Below are positions 10,170-19,390 of a stretch of 64,000 nt of DNA, one piece after another. Origin of the DNA: Candidatus Babeliales bacterium (GTDB lineage Bacteria > Babelota > Babeliae > Babelales > JANWKD01); NCBI GenBank assembly GCA_963701665.1, contig OY969622.1, forward strand, positions 1,184,001 through 1,248,000. Direction: 5' to 3'. Below the pieces are notes generated by a model. The model was not told the DNA's origin, did not search any database, and was given only the letters and a program-made list of their open reading frames with translations. Both the position numbers and the translations under genes were made by a program. Numbering within the stretch: the first letter of the stretch is position 1; every line of letters begins with the position of its first letter.

Positions 10170-10778
10170 TTACTTTTTAATCACATTAATCACTTTTGGC
10201 GGCACAACAGGATCAATGCGAGAAAGTTTGATCGTCAAAACATTATTTTCATATTCCACAACAACATCTTCAAGTGAAATCTCCACCGGCAATGATTGCA
10301 TGACCTGCTGTGAACTATATGAAATATGATTTCTAGTTGTAGTATGCTTATCATCTTTTTTATCATCAGATGTTTCAACACGCTGTTGCATACTCATTTT
10401 CATCATACCAGCTTTACGATCAACATTGAGCTCTAACTCTATTTGTTTATTGCGTGCATTGATGCTCAATACATCCTGATGCACAACTGCTTTGATAGAA
10501 TCTTTATCAAGTTCTTGAGCAATCGTGATAACCAAATCAGCGTCATTAACTTTGGCATTCAACACATTGCCATTAGTAGAAAAACCGCTTTGCATCACCG
10601 AGTGCATGCTTGAATTAAAAGAATTATGCATTTTTGAAAATTTCTTTTGTATTTTGTGAACAGCGTGCGTCATTTCGTTCAAAGCGTCATCAAAACTAAA
10701 ATCAGCGAATACTTGAGAGCCCATCAAAGAAGCAACAAGCATGAATGCTCTTGCTGAATGTTTTAGATAGTTTTGCAT
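10170..10778 (-). CDS. Hsp20/alpha-crystallin-like protein with signal peptide
   Basis: DLVITIAQELDKDSIKAVVHQDVLSI and SLPVEISLEDVVVEYENNVLTIKL with terminal VINV. N-terminus MQNYLKHSARAFMLVASLMGSQVFA| follows an AAAGGAGG RBS. Confidence 0.7.
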   Translation of the reverse strand: MQNYLKHSARAFMLVASLMGSQVFADFSFDDALNEMTHAVHKIQKKFSKMHNSFNSSMHSVMQSGFSTNGNVLNAKVNDADLVITIAQELDKDSIKAVVHQDVLSINARNKQIELELNVDRKAGMMKMSMQQRVETSDDKKDDKHTTTRNHISYSSQQVMQSLPVEISLEDVVVEYENNVLTIKLSRIDPVVPPKVINVIKK

Positions 10779-10880
10779 GAATCCTCCTTTGTAATTAAAA
10801 AAAAGATACAATTAATCACAAAAATGGTAGCAAAAAAACACAATTGTTTCAATCCAAGGCACCTGCTCTATTTCAATGTT

Positions 10881-10909
10881 TTGCTTATTGAAGAGCTATT
10901 TTATATACT
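10881..10909 (+). promoter_or_regulatory. Sigma70-type promoter ending 7 nt before the ATG (probable leaderless mRNA)
   Basis: TTGCTT-17 bp-TATACT; ATG at 10917; no RBS. Confidence 0.55.
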
Positions 10910-10916
10910 ATAAAGT

Positions 10917-11648
10917 ATGAAAAAACAAACTACGCATAAAGATAACGAACTTATTTTTGGCATTCACCCTATTCTTGAGCTTCTAAAAGCAAAAAAACGT
11001 AAATTAGTGGTAATTTACACTACTAAACTAACCCCAAAAGGTTTTCAGGATATTGAAAGGCTCCTCCCTAAATCGGTGCCTATTCAATATGTCGAGCGCG
11101 AGGTTTTACACAAACTCGCGGGCACCACTGATCATCAGGGTGTTGTTGCCTATGCAACGCCGCTCGTTATACGAAAGAAATTCTTCGATCCTGCTAGAGA
11201 AAAATTCTTACTTATGCTCGATGGCATTCAGGATGTAAGAAACCTTGGCGCAATCATACGCTCAGCCTATTGCACGGGCGTCGATGGCATCATTATGATC
11301 AAAAAGCATGGCGCTCCTTTAAATGCGAGTGCGTTCAAAGCATCCGCGGGTTTGGCTGAACATGTTGAATTATATAATGCTCCCTCGGCATCAGCCGCTG
11401 CTCAAGAACTTAAAAAAGCTGGTTACAATCTTTATTTAGCCGTTGTTGAAAAAGGCACCAATGCTACCCAAGTTCAGTATGAAAAACCGCTCTGTTTAGT
11501 CATTGGCAGTGAAGCACTCGGCATCTCAAAAGAAATACTTTCTTCAGGTACGCGCATCACGTTACCACAACGTACGCCTGACATTTCCTATAACGCGTCA
11601 GTTGCCGCAGGGATTTTGTTATTTCTCATCAGTCAATCACAATCATAA
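10917..11648 (+). CDS. rlmB: SpoU/TrmH-family RNA 2'-O-methyltransferase (RlmB-like)
   Basis: IFGIHPILE, HQGVVA, LDGIQDVRNLGAIIRSA, KASAG, VIGSE, SYNASVAAGILL. Confidence 0.85.
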   Translation: MKKQTTHKDNELIFGIHPILELLKAKKRKLVVIYTTKLTPKGFQDIERLLPKSVPIQYVEREVLHKLAGTTDHQGVVAYATPLVIRKKFFDPAREKFLLMLDGIQDVRNLGAIIRSAYCTGVDGIIMIKKHGAPLNASAFKASAGLAEHVELYNAPSASAAAQELKKAGYNLYLAVVEKGTNATQVQYEKPLCLVIGSEALGISKEILSSGTRITLPQRTPDISYNASVAAGILLFLISQSQS

Positions 11649-11659
11649 AAGACATCATT

Positions 11660-12010
11660 ATGATAAAACGTTTTATTACTTTAGCATGTGTCATGTTATT
11701 AACGTCACACATATCTCACGCGGAAATTACTAATTGGGATGGACTTACTGAATCTATTGGCAAAAAAGTTATTATTGGCTGTTTTGCTGCTGCATCTGCA
11801 GGAATATTTTATGATGGTATGAAAAAAGCTTTTTGGGCGCCCAAACCCCCAACAATATGTTACAATACCAAAGTAGGGGACCCATTTCCAATAAGAATGC
11901 GATCTAAACGTGATGATGGAAAAATACACTTTAAACAATTTATGGGAATAGTAGAAGCAAGCATTGGCTTCACTGGCCTTATTGCAAGTTGGTTTGCCAA
12001 TAAATGGTAA
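11660..12010 (+). CDS. Small exported/membrane hypothetical protein
   Basis: Signal peptide SHA|E followed by two hydrophobic segments. Confidence 0.65.
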   Translation: MIKRFITLACVMLLTSHISHAEITNWDGLTESIGKKVIIGCFAAASAGIFYDGMKKAFWAPKPPTICYNTKVGDPFPIRMRSKRDDGKIHFKQFMGIVEASIGFTGLIASWFANKW

Positions 12011-12049
12011 TATTTTAAAACATTTAACAAATGAATAAACAGATCTTCA

Positions 12050-12475
12050 ATGAAAAAAATTACTATCATATCTTTTTGTCTTTCAATATTGTTAATTCAC
12101 TCTGCTTCAAGCATGGAACAATGTAAATCAGTATGGACTCCTGAAACAGTAATTGGTGTTGGTGGAGCTCTTGTTGGCATTAAACTTATGCATGATGGAT
12201 TGCAAAAAATGGCCAATCCGAACCGACAATCGTTTTCTTTATCGAGATGGAAACTTTTCAGTGAGAATCAGGGAGGAACAAATACGGTAACCCTACAGTT
12301 TCCCCAAGCAACTGTTGTACCGCCTAAAATTACATTTAAATTCAAGCGTCTTAATGCAGAAGAAATATCTCAAGAATTTAAAGAAGGCGTATTCTTATTT
12401 GGCTGTGGAGCATTGAGCACTTTTGGTAGCATTGCAGGCATTTATCTTATTCGGAAAAATTATTCCCAGATTTAA
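12050..12475 (+). CDS. Small exported/membrane hypothetical protein (ME-type)
   Basis: SASS|MEQ followed by two hydrophobic segments. Confidence 0.65.
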   Translation: MKKITIISFCLSILLIHSASSMEQCKSVWTPETVIGVGGALVGIKLMHDGLQKMANPNRQSFSLSRWKLFSENQGGTNTVTLQFPQATVVPPKITFKFKRLNAEEISQEFKEGVFLFGCGALSTFGSIAGIYLIRKNYSQI

Positions 12476-12497
12476 AATTAAACAACGAAGGCAAGAA

Positions 12498-12872
12498 ATG
12501 TTAAAAAATTTAAAAATATTCTTATTTATCATTCTATCAATAATGCACATTCCACACATAAGTCGTGCCGAAACCAATACACTGGGACAAGCGGCGGTTA
12601 TAGGTGCATGGGCTTTAAGTGGCGCCACCCTACTTACCTTAGGTGCTTATAATATATGGCCTACACAACGAGTTACCATTAAAGAGAAAAAATTTTTTGA
12701 TATCAACGGCAAGCGTCAAACATCTCCCGATCAAGCTTGGCAAATACAAACAACAATGCGAAAAATTTCATTTTTCAATCTTTCTCCGGTTGAAATTTTT
12801 AAAAACGGTCTCATGTGTGCTACAGGCGCTGGCATACTTTTACATGCATGGAAACTTTCTAAAGATTCATAA
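12498..12872 (+). CDS. Small exported/membrane hypothetical protein
   Basis: MLKNLKIFLFIILSIMHIPHISRA|E followed by two hydrophobic segments; same layout as the two preceding genes. Confidence 0.65.
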   Translation: MLKNLKIFLFIILSIMHIPHISRAETNTLGQAAVIGAWALSGATLLTLGAYNIWPTQRVTIKEKKFFDINGKRQTSPDQAWQIQTTMRKISFFNLSPVEIFKNGLMCATGAGILLHAWKLSKDS

Positions 12873-12890
12873 AAGGAAGTTATTAAATTT

Positions 12891-12920
12891 CTGGGTTGCC
12901 ACGCATTCGCTCGCAATGAC
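12891..12920 (+). repeat. Palindromic repeat copy C (3' half only)
   Basis: CTGGGTTGCCACGCATTCGCTCGCAATGAC matches the 3' arm of copies A, E and G. Confidence 0.8.
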
Positions 12921-12980
12921 GCTGTTGTTTAAGATGTTCACTTTCAATTGCTAAACATTCGATCAATCTAATTCCATATA

Positions 12981-13141
12981 AGCACAACATGTTGGAGGCC
13001 TTGTCGCATGTTAATGCGCAAGGTCGACTTGTTTGCGTCAGGAAGATACATAAGAGGCACAGCCTCTTATGGGCCCTTGTATCCAATGTATTGGGCACGC
13101 AATACATTGGTGCTGCCCGCACAGGGTCGCATGACTGCGCA
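12981..13141. ncRNA. Candidate structured non-coding RNA of unknown family
   Basis: GC-enriched intergenic island. Outer stem TGCGCA..GTCGACTTG..TGCG / CGCA.CAGGGTCG..TGCGCA encloses two perfect hairpins (13050-13070 and 13083-13110). Confidence 0.5.
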
Positions 13142-13183
13142 AGTAAAAAGTAAAAGTTTTTATAATGGATTTTTATATAAAGA

Positions 13184-13284
13184 CTGGATTCCTATGTTCC
13201 GCCTTCGTTAAAACTTCGACGGACACGCGCTACGTTGCGGATCCTGCAAAGCCTTGGCGAAGTAGGACGGCTCCTCAGAATGAC
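13184..13284 (+). repeat. Palindromic repeat copy D (3' half) with nested small hairpin modules
   Basis: CTGGATTCCTA...CTCAGAATGAC as in copy B, interrupted by CCGCCTTCGTTAAAACTTCGACGG and TCCTGCAAAGCCTTGGCGAAGTAGGA. Confidence 0.7.
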
Positions 13285-13477
13285 AACTTCGCCTTTTGTT
13301 TAATTATTTCTTATAGATATTCATGCTGATGCAAAAGTAATTTGTATAATTCTATAAAATTATTGACTTTTCTAATGACAAAAAGCTAATAATTATAGAA
13401 AAGAATATTCTTATTTTTGGCAATATTCTTTAAAAGCAGTAATGTTTCAGGGACACAACATTCAAGGGGGAGTGAAG

Positions 13478-14248
13478 ATGTCTGCTGCTATGCTTTACGC
13501 AAAAAAATTATTGTATACACACAAACGTCTTCTTATTGCATTATTTGCAATCGCAGGAGCCGCTGGCATTCTATGGCAATCATGCCGCTTCCTTTTTATT
13601 ACGCAACGCTACACGCTTTCCATTGACGCTCAATGCTCAGAAACCGTACGCAAAGATATCAATGCATATGCTGATACCACGTTTAAAAATATCATTTTTG
13701 ATACGCACGCGATTGCTCAACTAAAATCAGAATTTAAATATCTTAAAACAATTCAAGCACGCTATGTGAGCCCTGGTTATGTTGAAATCTCCTGCAAAGC
13801 TCATGCGCCACTCATTTGCATTAATAATGATCAGGTTATGCTTGAAAATGGCAGCATTGTAAAAAAAACTGTCTTTAACGATGATGTTATTAAAGGGTTA
13901 CCTTCAATTGTGGTTGCTCGCGAAGATAACATACATTCGCCGCTGTTTGCATTTCATGTGCAACGATGGCTTGCCGATATATCAAACGAGCTTTTTGCAC
14001 AGTACACCATTCGCTGGGTCAATCACACAAACATTCATCTAGAAGATAAGCAAGCACCAAAATTTTCGTTAATCACCCATAGTCATAAAATACCTTCAAA
14101 TACCTGTTTTGCACAATATGCCGCTATAAAGAATTATGTACTTAGTCAGAACAAGCAAAAAAATAACAAAGACCAAAAAAGATGGAGCGTCGACGTACGC
14201 TTTAAAAATCAATTTATAGTGCAGACCATGCACGAGGGGGTAGCATGA
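13478..14248 (+). CDS. Divergent FtsQ/DivIB-like cell division protein
   Basis: Single N-terminal TM, POTRA-like segment, terminal VDVRFKNQFIV (FtsQ-type DLR motif), and overlap with the ftsA start. GGGGAG RBS before ATG 13478. Confidence 0.6.
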   Translation: MSAAMLYAKKLLYTHKRLLIALFAIAGAAGILWQSCRFLFITQRYTLSIDAQCSETVRKDINAYADTTFKNIIFDTHAIAQLKSEFKYLKTIQARYVSPGYVEISCKAHAPLICINNDQVMLENGSIVKKTVFNDDVIKGLPSIVVAREDNIHSPLFAFHVQRWLADISNELFAQYTIRWVNHTNIHLEDKQAPKFSLITHSHKIPSNTCFAQYAAIKNYVLSQNKQKNNKDQKRWSVDVRFKNQFIVQTMHEGVA

Positions 14249-15480
14249 AACAAAATCTTTCACCTGAGCAATTTATAGTTGCTCTTGATATAGGAACGAC
14301 AAAAATTTGCGTTTTAGTTGCGCACGTACACGATCAAGATACCGTTGAAGTTATTGGCATTGGCAAATCACCATCGCACGGTCTTGAAAAAGGAATCGTG
14401 GTTGATGTTAATAAAACGGTACAATCAATAAAAAATGCCGTAAAAGAAGCTGAATTAATGGCCGGCTGCACGATCGAACAAGCAACGATCGGTATTTCAG
14501 GCGCGCACATTCAATCGCGCACATCACTCGGCATGGTGCCCATTACACGCGGCGAAATTAAAGCGCTCGACATTTCACAAGCAACCGCAGCCGCGCGCGC
14601 TATAGCATTGCCCGAGGGTCAACAGATCTTGCACGCGCTTCCACAATTTTTTGTTATTGATTCCCATGAAAAAGTTATTGATCCGCTCGGCATGTTTGGC
14701 GTACGCCTTGAAGCGCACGTTCATATTATTACCGGTTCAGTTGCATCGGTACATAATTTAGTAAAATGTTGCGAGCTTGCGGGCATCATGGTTAATGATA
14801 TTGTTCTTGAGCAACTTGCTTCAGCAAATGCCGTGTTAACGCGTGATGAAAGATATTTAGGTGTCGGCATGCTTGATATTGGTGGCGGCACATCAGATTT
14901 AGCACTTTATCAAAAAGGTACCATTAAACATACTATGGTGTTACCAATTGCGGGTAATCATTTCACCAGTGATATTGCAATCGGATTGCACACCACCCTC
15001 AAGAGCGCAGAAGAAGCAAAAAAAGAATTCGGTATCGTTGATGCCTCGTTGATTGGGCAAGACGAGTGTCTTGAAATTGAAGCGATCGGCCAAAAAGACT
15101 CTCGCATCATTTTACAAAGTGAACTGTTACCAATTTTACGCCCGCGTGCGCAGGAATTATTAAAATTTATTGATAAAGAATGCAAAAAACATAATCTCTA
15201 CCCGACAATGCCAAGCGGTATGGTATTAACTGGCGGCGGATCATTACTCAAGGGTATGGACCGTATTGCTGCAAGTATATTAGGCATACCTGTGCGTATT
15301 GGAACTCCTCAATTACAATCGCCTTTCGCGCTCTTTTTAGAAAACCCAATGTATGCAACTGCGTACGGACTCTTGCTTCACACGGCAAAAAAACAGGATA
15401 CTGGCATTACGAAATTCAACGGGCCTCTTACATCACGCATAATTACCCGTATGAAATCGTGGGTATCAGAGTTTTTTTAA
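14245..15480 (+). CDS. ftsA: Cell division protein FtsA
   Basis: LDIGTTKICVLV, AELMAG, GVRLEAHVHIIT, LDIGGGTSD, VLTGGGS, C-terminal amphipathic helix. Confidence 0.96.
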   Translation: MKQNLSPEQFIVALDIGTTKICVLVAHVHDQDTVEVIGIGKSPSHGLEKGIVVDVNKTVQSIKNAVKEAELMAGCTIEQATIGISGAHIQSRTSLGMVPITRGEIKALDISQATAAARAIALPEGQQILHALPQFFVIDSHEKVIDPLGMFGVRLEAHVHIITGSVASVHNLVKCCELAGIMVNDIVLEQLASANAVLTRDERYLGVGMLDIGGGTSDLALYQKGTIKHTMVLPIAGNHFTSDIAIGLHTTLKSAEEAKKEFGIVDASLIGQDECLEIEAIGQKDSRIILQSELLPILRPRAQELLKFIDKECKKHNLYPTMPSGMVLTGGGSLLKGMDRIAASILGIPVRIGTPQLQSPFALFLENPMYATAYGLLLHTAKKQDTGITKFNGPLTSRIITRMKSWVSEFF

Positions 15481-15499
15481 AAAAGATTGGGGAGAAGAT

Positions 15500-16732
15500 A
15501 TGTTTGAATTTGAAGTGAATCAAGCGCATGATATTCCTACTGCACGTATAAAAGTAATTGGCGTTGGCGGAGCTGGCGGCAACACCGTTAATAGTATGAT
15601 TGAAGCACAAAGTGATATCGGTATTGAATTCATCGCAGCAAACACGGATGCTCAAGCATTAAGTCTTTCCAAAGCTCCTCATAGAATTCAACTTGGCGTA
15701 AAATCAACAAAAGGTCTTGGCGCTGGCGCAAATCCTGAACTTGGCAAACGAGCAGCAGAAGAAGATTTAAGCAAGATCATGGATATTCTTGAAGAAGCTG
15801 ATATCGTATTTTTAACGGGCGGTATGGGCGGTGGCACTGGTTCAGGCGCATTACCGGTCATTGCACGCGCACTGAAAGAAAAAAATATTCTTTCCATTGC
15901 AATCGTGACAAAGCCATTCCATTTCGAGGGTAAAAAACGCGCGACCATTGCACAAGAATCTATCGATGCACTCAGAAAAGAAGTTGATACCTTACTCATT
16001 GTTCCTAATCAAAAATTATTAGAAACCGTTGATCATAATGTTTCCATGATCGATGCATTTGGCATGATTAACAGTCTTTTACATCAATCAGTTAAAGGCA
16101 TTGCAGATATTATCACCAAACCTGGTCATATCAATGTCGATTTTGCTGATGTCAGAACTATCATGAAAGATATGGGATTAGCAATCATGGGAACCGGTAA
16201 AGCAACCGGCAAAGATCGTGCACTCGATGCTGCGTATCAAGCTATTTCTTCACCGCTTTTAGAAAATATGACCATCAAAGGTGCACGCGGTATCCTTATC
16301 AATATTTCTGGCGGTCTTAATTTAGGACTTCATGAAATCGGTGTTGCAGCCTCAGTCATTGCTGAACAAGCTGAAGAAAATGCAAGCATTATTGTTGGCT
16401 CAGTTATTGATAAATCATTGAATGATGAAATAATCGTTACGGTTATTGCAACGGGATTTATCCAGCAACAAACAAGAACAGCACAAGAAGCTCCTACGTT
16501 CAAGCCGGCCGTTGAACAAAATGTTGTCATACCAGAACCAGAAATTGTTGTTACAGCAAGACCCGTTCATCGCATTGAGCAAACACCAGTGCAATCTGTT
16601 CTTGAACACACAGAAAAACCGATGGTAGCGCAAGAAAAGAAAGAAGAAGTTATCCATCAAAACATTGATATCAATGATCTTGATGTGCCGACATTCTTAC
16701 GCCAACAAAAAGAAGTGAGCGGTCACGAATAA
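15500..16732 (+). CDS. ftsZ: Cell division protein FtsZ
   Basis: IKVIGVGGAGGN, GGMGGGTGSG, INVDFADV, C-terminal DLDVPTFLR. Confidence 0.98.
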   Translation: MFEFEVNQAHDIPTARIKVIGVGGAGGNTVNSMIEAQSDIGIEFIAANTDAQALSLSKAPHRIQLGVKSTKGLGAGANPELGKRAAEEDLSKIMDILEEADIVFLTGGMGGGTGSGALPVIARALKEKNILSIAIVTKPFHFEGKKRATIAQESIDALRKEVDTLLIVPNQKLLETVDHNVSMIDAFGMINSLLHQSVKGIADIITKPGHINVDFADVRTIMKDMGLAIMGTGKATGKDRALDAAYQAISSPLLENMTIKGARGILINISGGLNLGLHEIGVAASVIAEQAEENASIIVGSVIDKSLNDEIIVTVIATGFIQQQTRTAQEAPTFKPAVEQNVVIPEPEIVVTARPVHRIEQTPVQSVLEHTEKPMVAQEKKEEVIHQNIDINDLDVPTFLRQQKEVSGHE

Positions 16733-16749
16733 CAAGAATGTATTAATTT

Positions 16750-16934
16750 AGCGCGAACTCGATGAAACTTACAATACATAGAAATGTCATCCCGAGGCTT
16801 TAGCCGTGGGGATCCAAACTTTAATTAATTCCTTAGGAACTAATTTTATAATTGGATTGCCACGCATTCGCTCGCAATGACAATTCTGTTTTCCATATGC
16901 ATTACCTGCGGCATAGTAACATTGAACTTGTGTT
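16750..16934 (+). repeat. Palindromic repeat copy E (core 16786-16881) with extended flanks shared with copy A
   Basis: Near-identical to 2478-2664. Confidence 0.9.
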
Positions 16935-17934
16935 ATTGTACTGTATCATCTTCACTCTGAGTTAAGCGTTGTCTTTTTTCGAATAATGTTTTGACTCGAG
17001 GGTAGTGTCTTTTTTTGAGAATTTTTGTGCCATGATAGGTACGACGTTCGCGCTGCTTTTTTCCTGCAAGCATATCAACCCAATAGTTATAAGGGTTATG
17101 CATTGGCGGAGTTCTTTCTAATAGATGCGCTGCTACATCCTGCGCTTTTTTACCAAACTCTAGAGCATGTTCATCTTCATTATCAAGCCAACTCCAATAT
17201 GAATATATAAAGCATATGTGAGAAAACTCTTCATGGGCATGCATGTTGATAAGTTCATTTTGAAAAGAGTTTTGCGCACTATTAAAACTTACGCCCCAAT
17301 CAGTTAGACGCTTATAGAGAGCGGATGAATCAAGAGTATTGGTCAGGCTGGGCAATTCAGAACGATCGCGTATCAGTATTTCAAGAACTTTATTTTCAAG
17401 ATGCGATCTTTTTTGAGCCCCTCGATCGACTTGTATTTTTTCTATTCTTTTTTGAGCCTCTTCTTGTAACTGTTTGAATTTATTAAACTCATCAGCTTTT
17501 GGGCTATTATTAAGCACCTCCCGATAAGCACCTTCAATGAGTCGCATAAAATCATTAAAATAGACATTCAAGTAAATGCATGGTAATAATTTCAAAAAAT
17601 AACACATTTGTTTATGAACAGCCTTTTTACAAGCAAATGTAGTCTCATCATTTCTCTTCATAAATTCTTGCACTTTTCTTCGTTTATATTCTTCTATTTT
17701 CAGATCATCGAACTCAAATTCGCATACTGCTTCGATGCCAAAACCATGAAATAAATCAAAGGCAGCCTCGAAGTCCTGCAAACGAAGAAGCTCGGGTTCA
17801 CATTGTCGGTCATTCACTATACACTCGATAGATGCTAGTACCTGCTCATTACTAATGTTGCTTTTATCTTCCATCGCCAACACGGGCACATTAGTATAAA
17901 AAAGTAGTAAAGAAAGTAATAAAAAAAATAGCAT
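16933..17934 (-). CDS. Exported hypothetical protein (ME-type)
   Basis: MLFFLLLSLLLFYTNVPVLA|MEDK; helical and charged, with a basic C-terminal patch. Confidence 0.7.
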   Translation of the reverse strand: MLFFLLLSLLLFYTNVPVLAMEDKSNISNEQVLASIECIVNDRQCEPELLRLQDFEAAFDLFHGFGIEAVCEFEFDDLKIEEYKRRKVQEFMKRNDETTFACKKAVHKQMCYFLKLLPCIYLNVYFNDFMRLIEGAYREVLNNSPKADEFNKFKQLQEEAQKRIEKIQVDRGAQKRSHLENKVLEILIRDRSELPSLTNTLDSSALYKRLTDWGVSFNSAQNSFQNELINMHAHEEFSHICFIYSYWSWLDNEDEHALEFGKKAQDVAAHLLERTPPMHNPYNYWVDMLAGKKQRERRTYHGTKILKKRHYPRVKTLFEKRQRLTQSEDDTVQ

Positions 17935-18040
17935 TAGTGTTTCCAAGAAGTTATGAACATTTATTCTTAATAGTAGCATGCAATCAGGCATAGTGGCAAT
18001 GAAACCATATTAAACCAGTGATTACATAAAGGATATTTCA

Positions 18041-19009
18041 ATGCATCACTCATTTTTATTAACCAATCTGATGAGCCCTCCCATACTTTTTTTCATACTC
18101 GGCATGCTAGCATCGCTTCTACGCGTTGATATTGGCATTCCGCAATCACTTTCTCGATTCCTTTCGCTGTATCTCTTAATATGCTTAGGATTTCAGGGAG
18201 GTATCGAGCTTGGCTATGCAGGCATCACGCTGCAAGCATTATTACCTTTATGCGTTGCCATTATTATTTCATGTATCATTCCCCTTTATACCTTTTTTTT
18301 GATGCGCAGACATCTCAATGTATATGATGCAGCAGCAGTGGCTGCGACCTACGGCTCAGTTGGTGCCGTAGCATTTATCGCGGGAACAAATTTTTTGGAA
18401 GCACTCGGCTATTCATATGATGGCTATATGATTGCTGCCTTGGCACTCGTCGAATCACCCGCGATCATTATTGCCCTCTTATTGGTAAAAAAATACGCAC
18501 CCGGAAAAAAATCAACCACTCGCGAGCATTGGCTCCATGATGCATTTTTGAACAGTTCAGTTTTTCTTATTATCGGCAGTCTCATTATTGGGTTTTTCAC
18601 AGACCAGCGAGCGTTTTTACAGCTCAAACCGTTCACCCATGATATTTTCAAAGGTATGTTATCACTTTTCATGCTCGATATAGGTATCTTGGCGGGAAGT
18701 GGATTACAAGAATTAAAAAAATCTGCCGTGTTCTTAACGGTTTTTGCGGTTGTAGCACCCCTTATAAATGGGTTCGGGGCACTCGTTTGTGCCTATTTCC
18801 TCAATATAAGTCCGGGTGACAGCTTTTTGCTAGCGCTTATTTCAGCGAGCGCTTCATATATTGCCGTTCCTGCGGCACTCAGAGTTTCTGTACCCCAAGC
18901 AAACCCGGGACTCTATTTGCCGATGTCGCTGGCAATTACCTTTCCCTTTACCATTCTGATTGGGATGCCACTCTTTATAAGTATTATTCAGTATTTTTGG
19001 GTATTATAA
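18041..19009 (+). CDS. sbtA: SbtA-family sodium-dependent bicarbonate transporter
   Basis: PPILFFILG, AVAATYGSV, ESPAII, ASASYIAVPAA; about 10 TMs. Confidence 0.85.
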   Translation: MHHSFLLTNLMSPPILFFILGMLASLLRVDIGIPQSLSRFLSLYLLICLGFQGGIELGYAGITLQALLPLCVAIIISCIIPLYTFFLMRRHLNVYDAAAVAATYGSVGAVAFIAGTNFLEALGYSYDGYMIAALALVESPAIIIALLLVKKYAPGKKSTTREHWLHDAFLNSSVFLIIGSLIIGFFTDQRAFLQLKPFTHDIFKGMLSLFMLDIGILAGSGLQELKKSAVFLTVFAVVAPLINGFGALVCAYFLNISPGDSFLLALISASASYIAVPAALRVSVPQANPGLYLPMSLAITFPFTILIGMPLFISIIQYFWVL

Positions 19010-19066
19010 GAAATTGGGACTTTGGGATTTGATGAAGAATGAGAGAAATAAGGATGGGAAGATTTC

Positions 19067-19103
19067 TTAAAGTAGCTAATGTTATGGGTACTAGCTACTT
19101 TAA
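19067..19103. terminator. Hairpin between sbtA and the convergent small peptide gene
   Basis: TTAAAGTAGCTA-13 nt-TAGCTACTTTAA. Confidence 0.6.
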
Positions 19104-19189
19104 ATTACAACTAAGATTATTAAGCGATTTATATACTTAACAATTTGTCGATATCAGTATTTTCTGATAAAGTAGTTAAGGTTGCGTTT

Positions 19190-19309
19190 TTATGTATGCA
19201 TTGGTGGACCATCTTGGCTCAAAATAATAACTGTTACAAGAATTAATAACGGAACATTAATTTTTACCAATAAATCGATTAACTTCAAAAATGTACGACT
19301 TTTTAACAC
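19190..19309 (-). CDS. 39-aa signal-peptide-like pre-peptide (candidate signalling peptide)
   Basis: AAGGGG RBS then GTG: MLKSRTFLKLIDLLVKINVPLLILVTVIILSQDGPPMHT*. Divergent from the membrane regulator. Confidence 0.55.
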   Translation of the reverse strand: MLKSRTFLKLIDLLVKINVPLLILVTVIILSQDGPPMHT

Positions 19310-19390
19310 GGTTGCCCCTTTAAAAAATAATTTAAAAAGTAGATTAACAATGAATAGTATATTTCTTACTTTCATACATGGCAAGATATC

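Noticed and set aside
12981..13141. Assignment as SRP RNA, RNase P RNA, tRNA or the missing tmRNA tRNA-like domain
   Set aside because: No CAGG..GGAA..AGCAG, GAGGAAAGTC, T-loop or CCA signatures were found.
12883..13211. ORFs 12883-13122 (-) and 13008-13211 (+)
   Set aside because: They run across repeats and hairpins with atypical composition; a structured RNA explains the region better.
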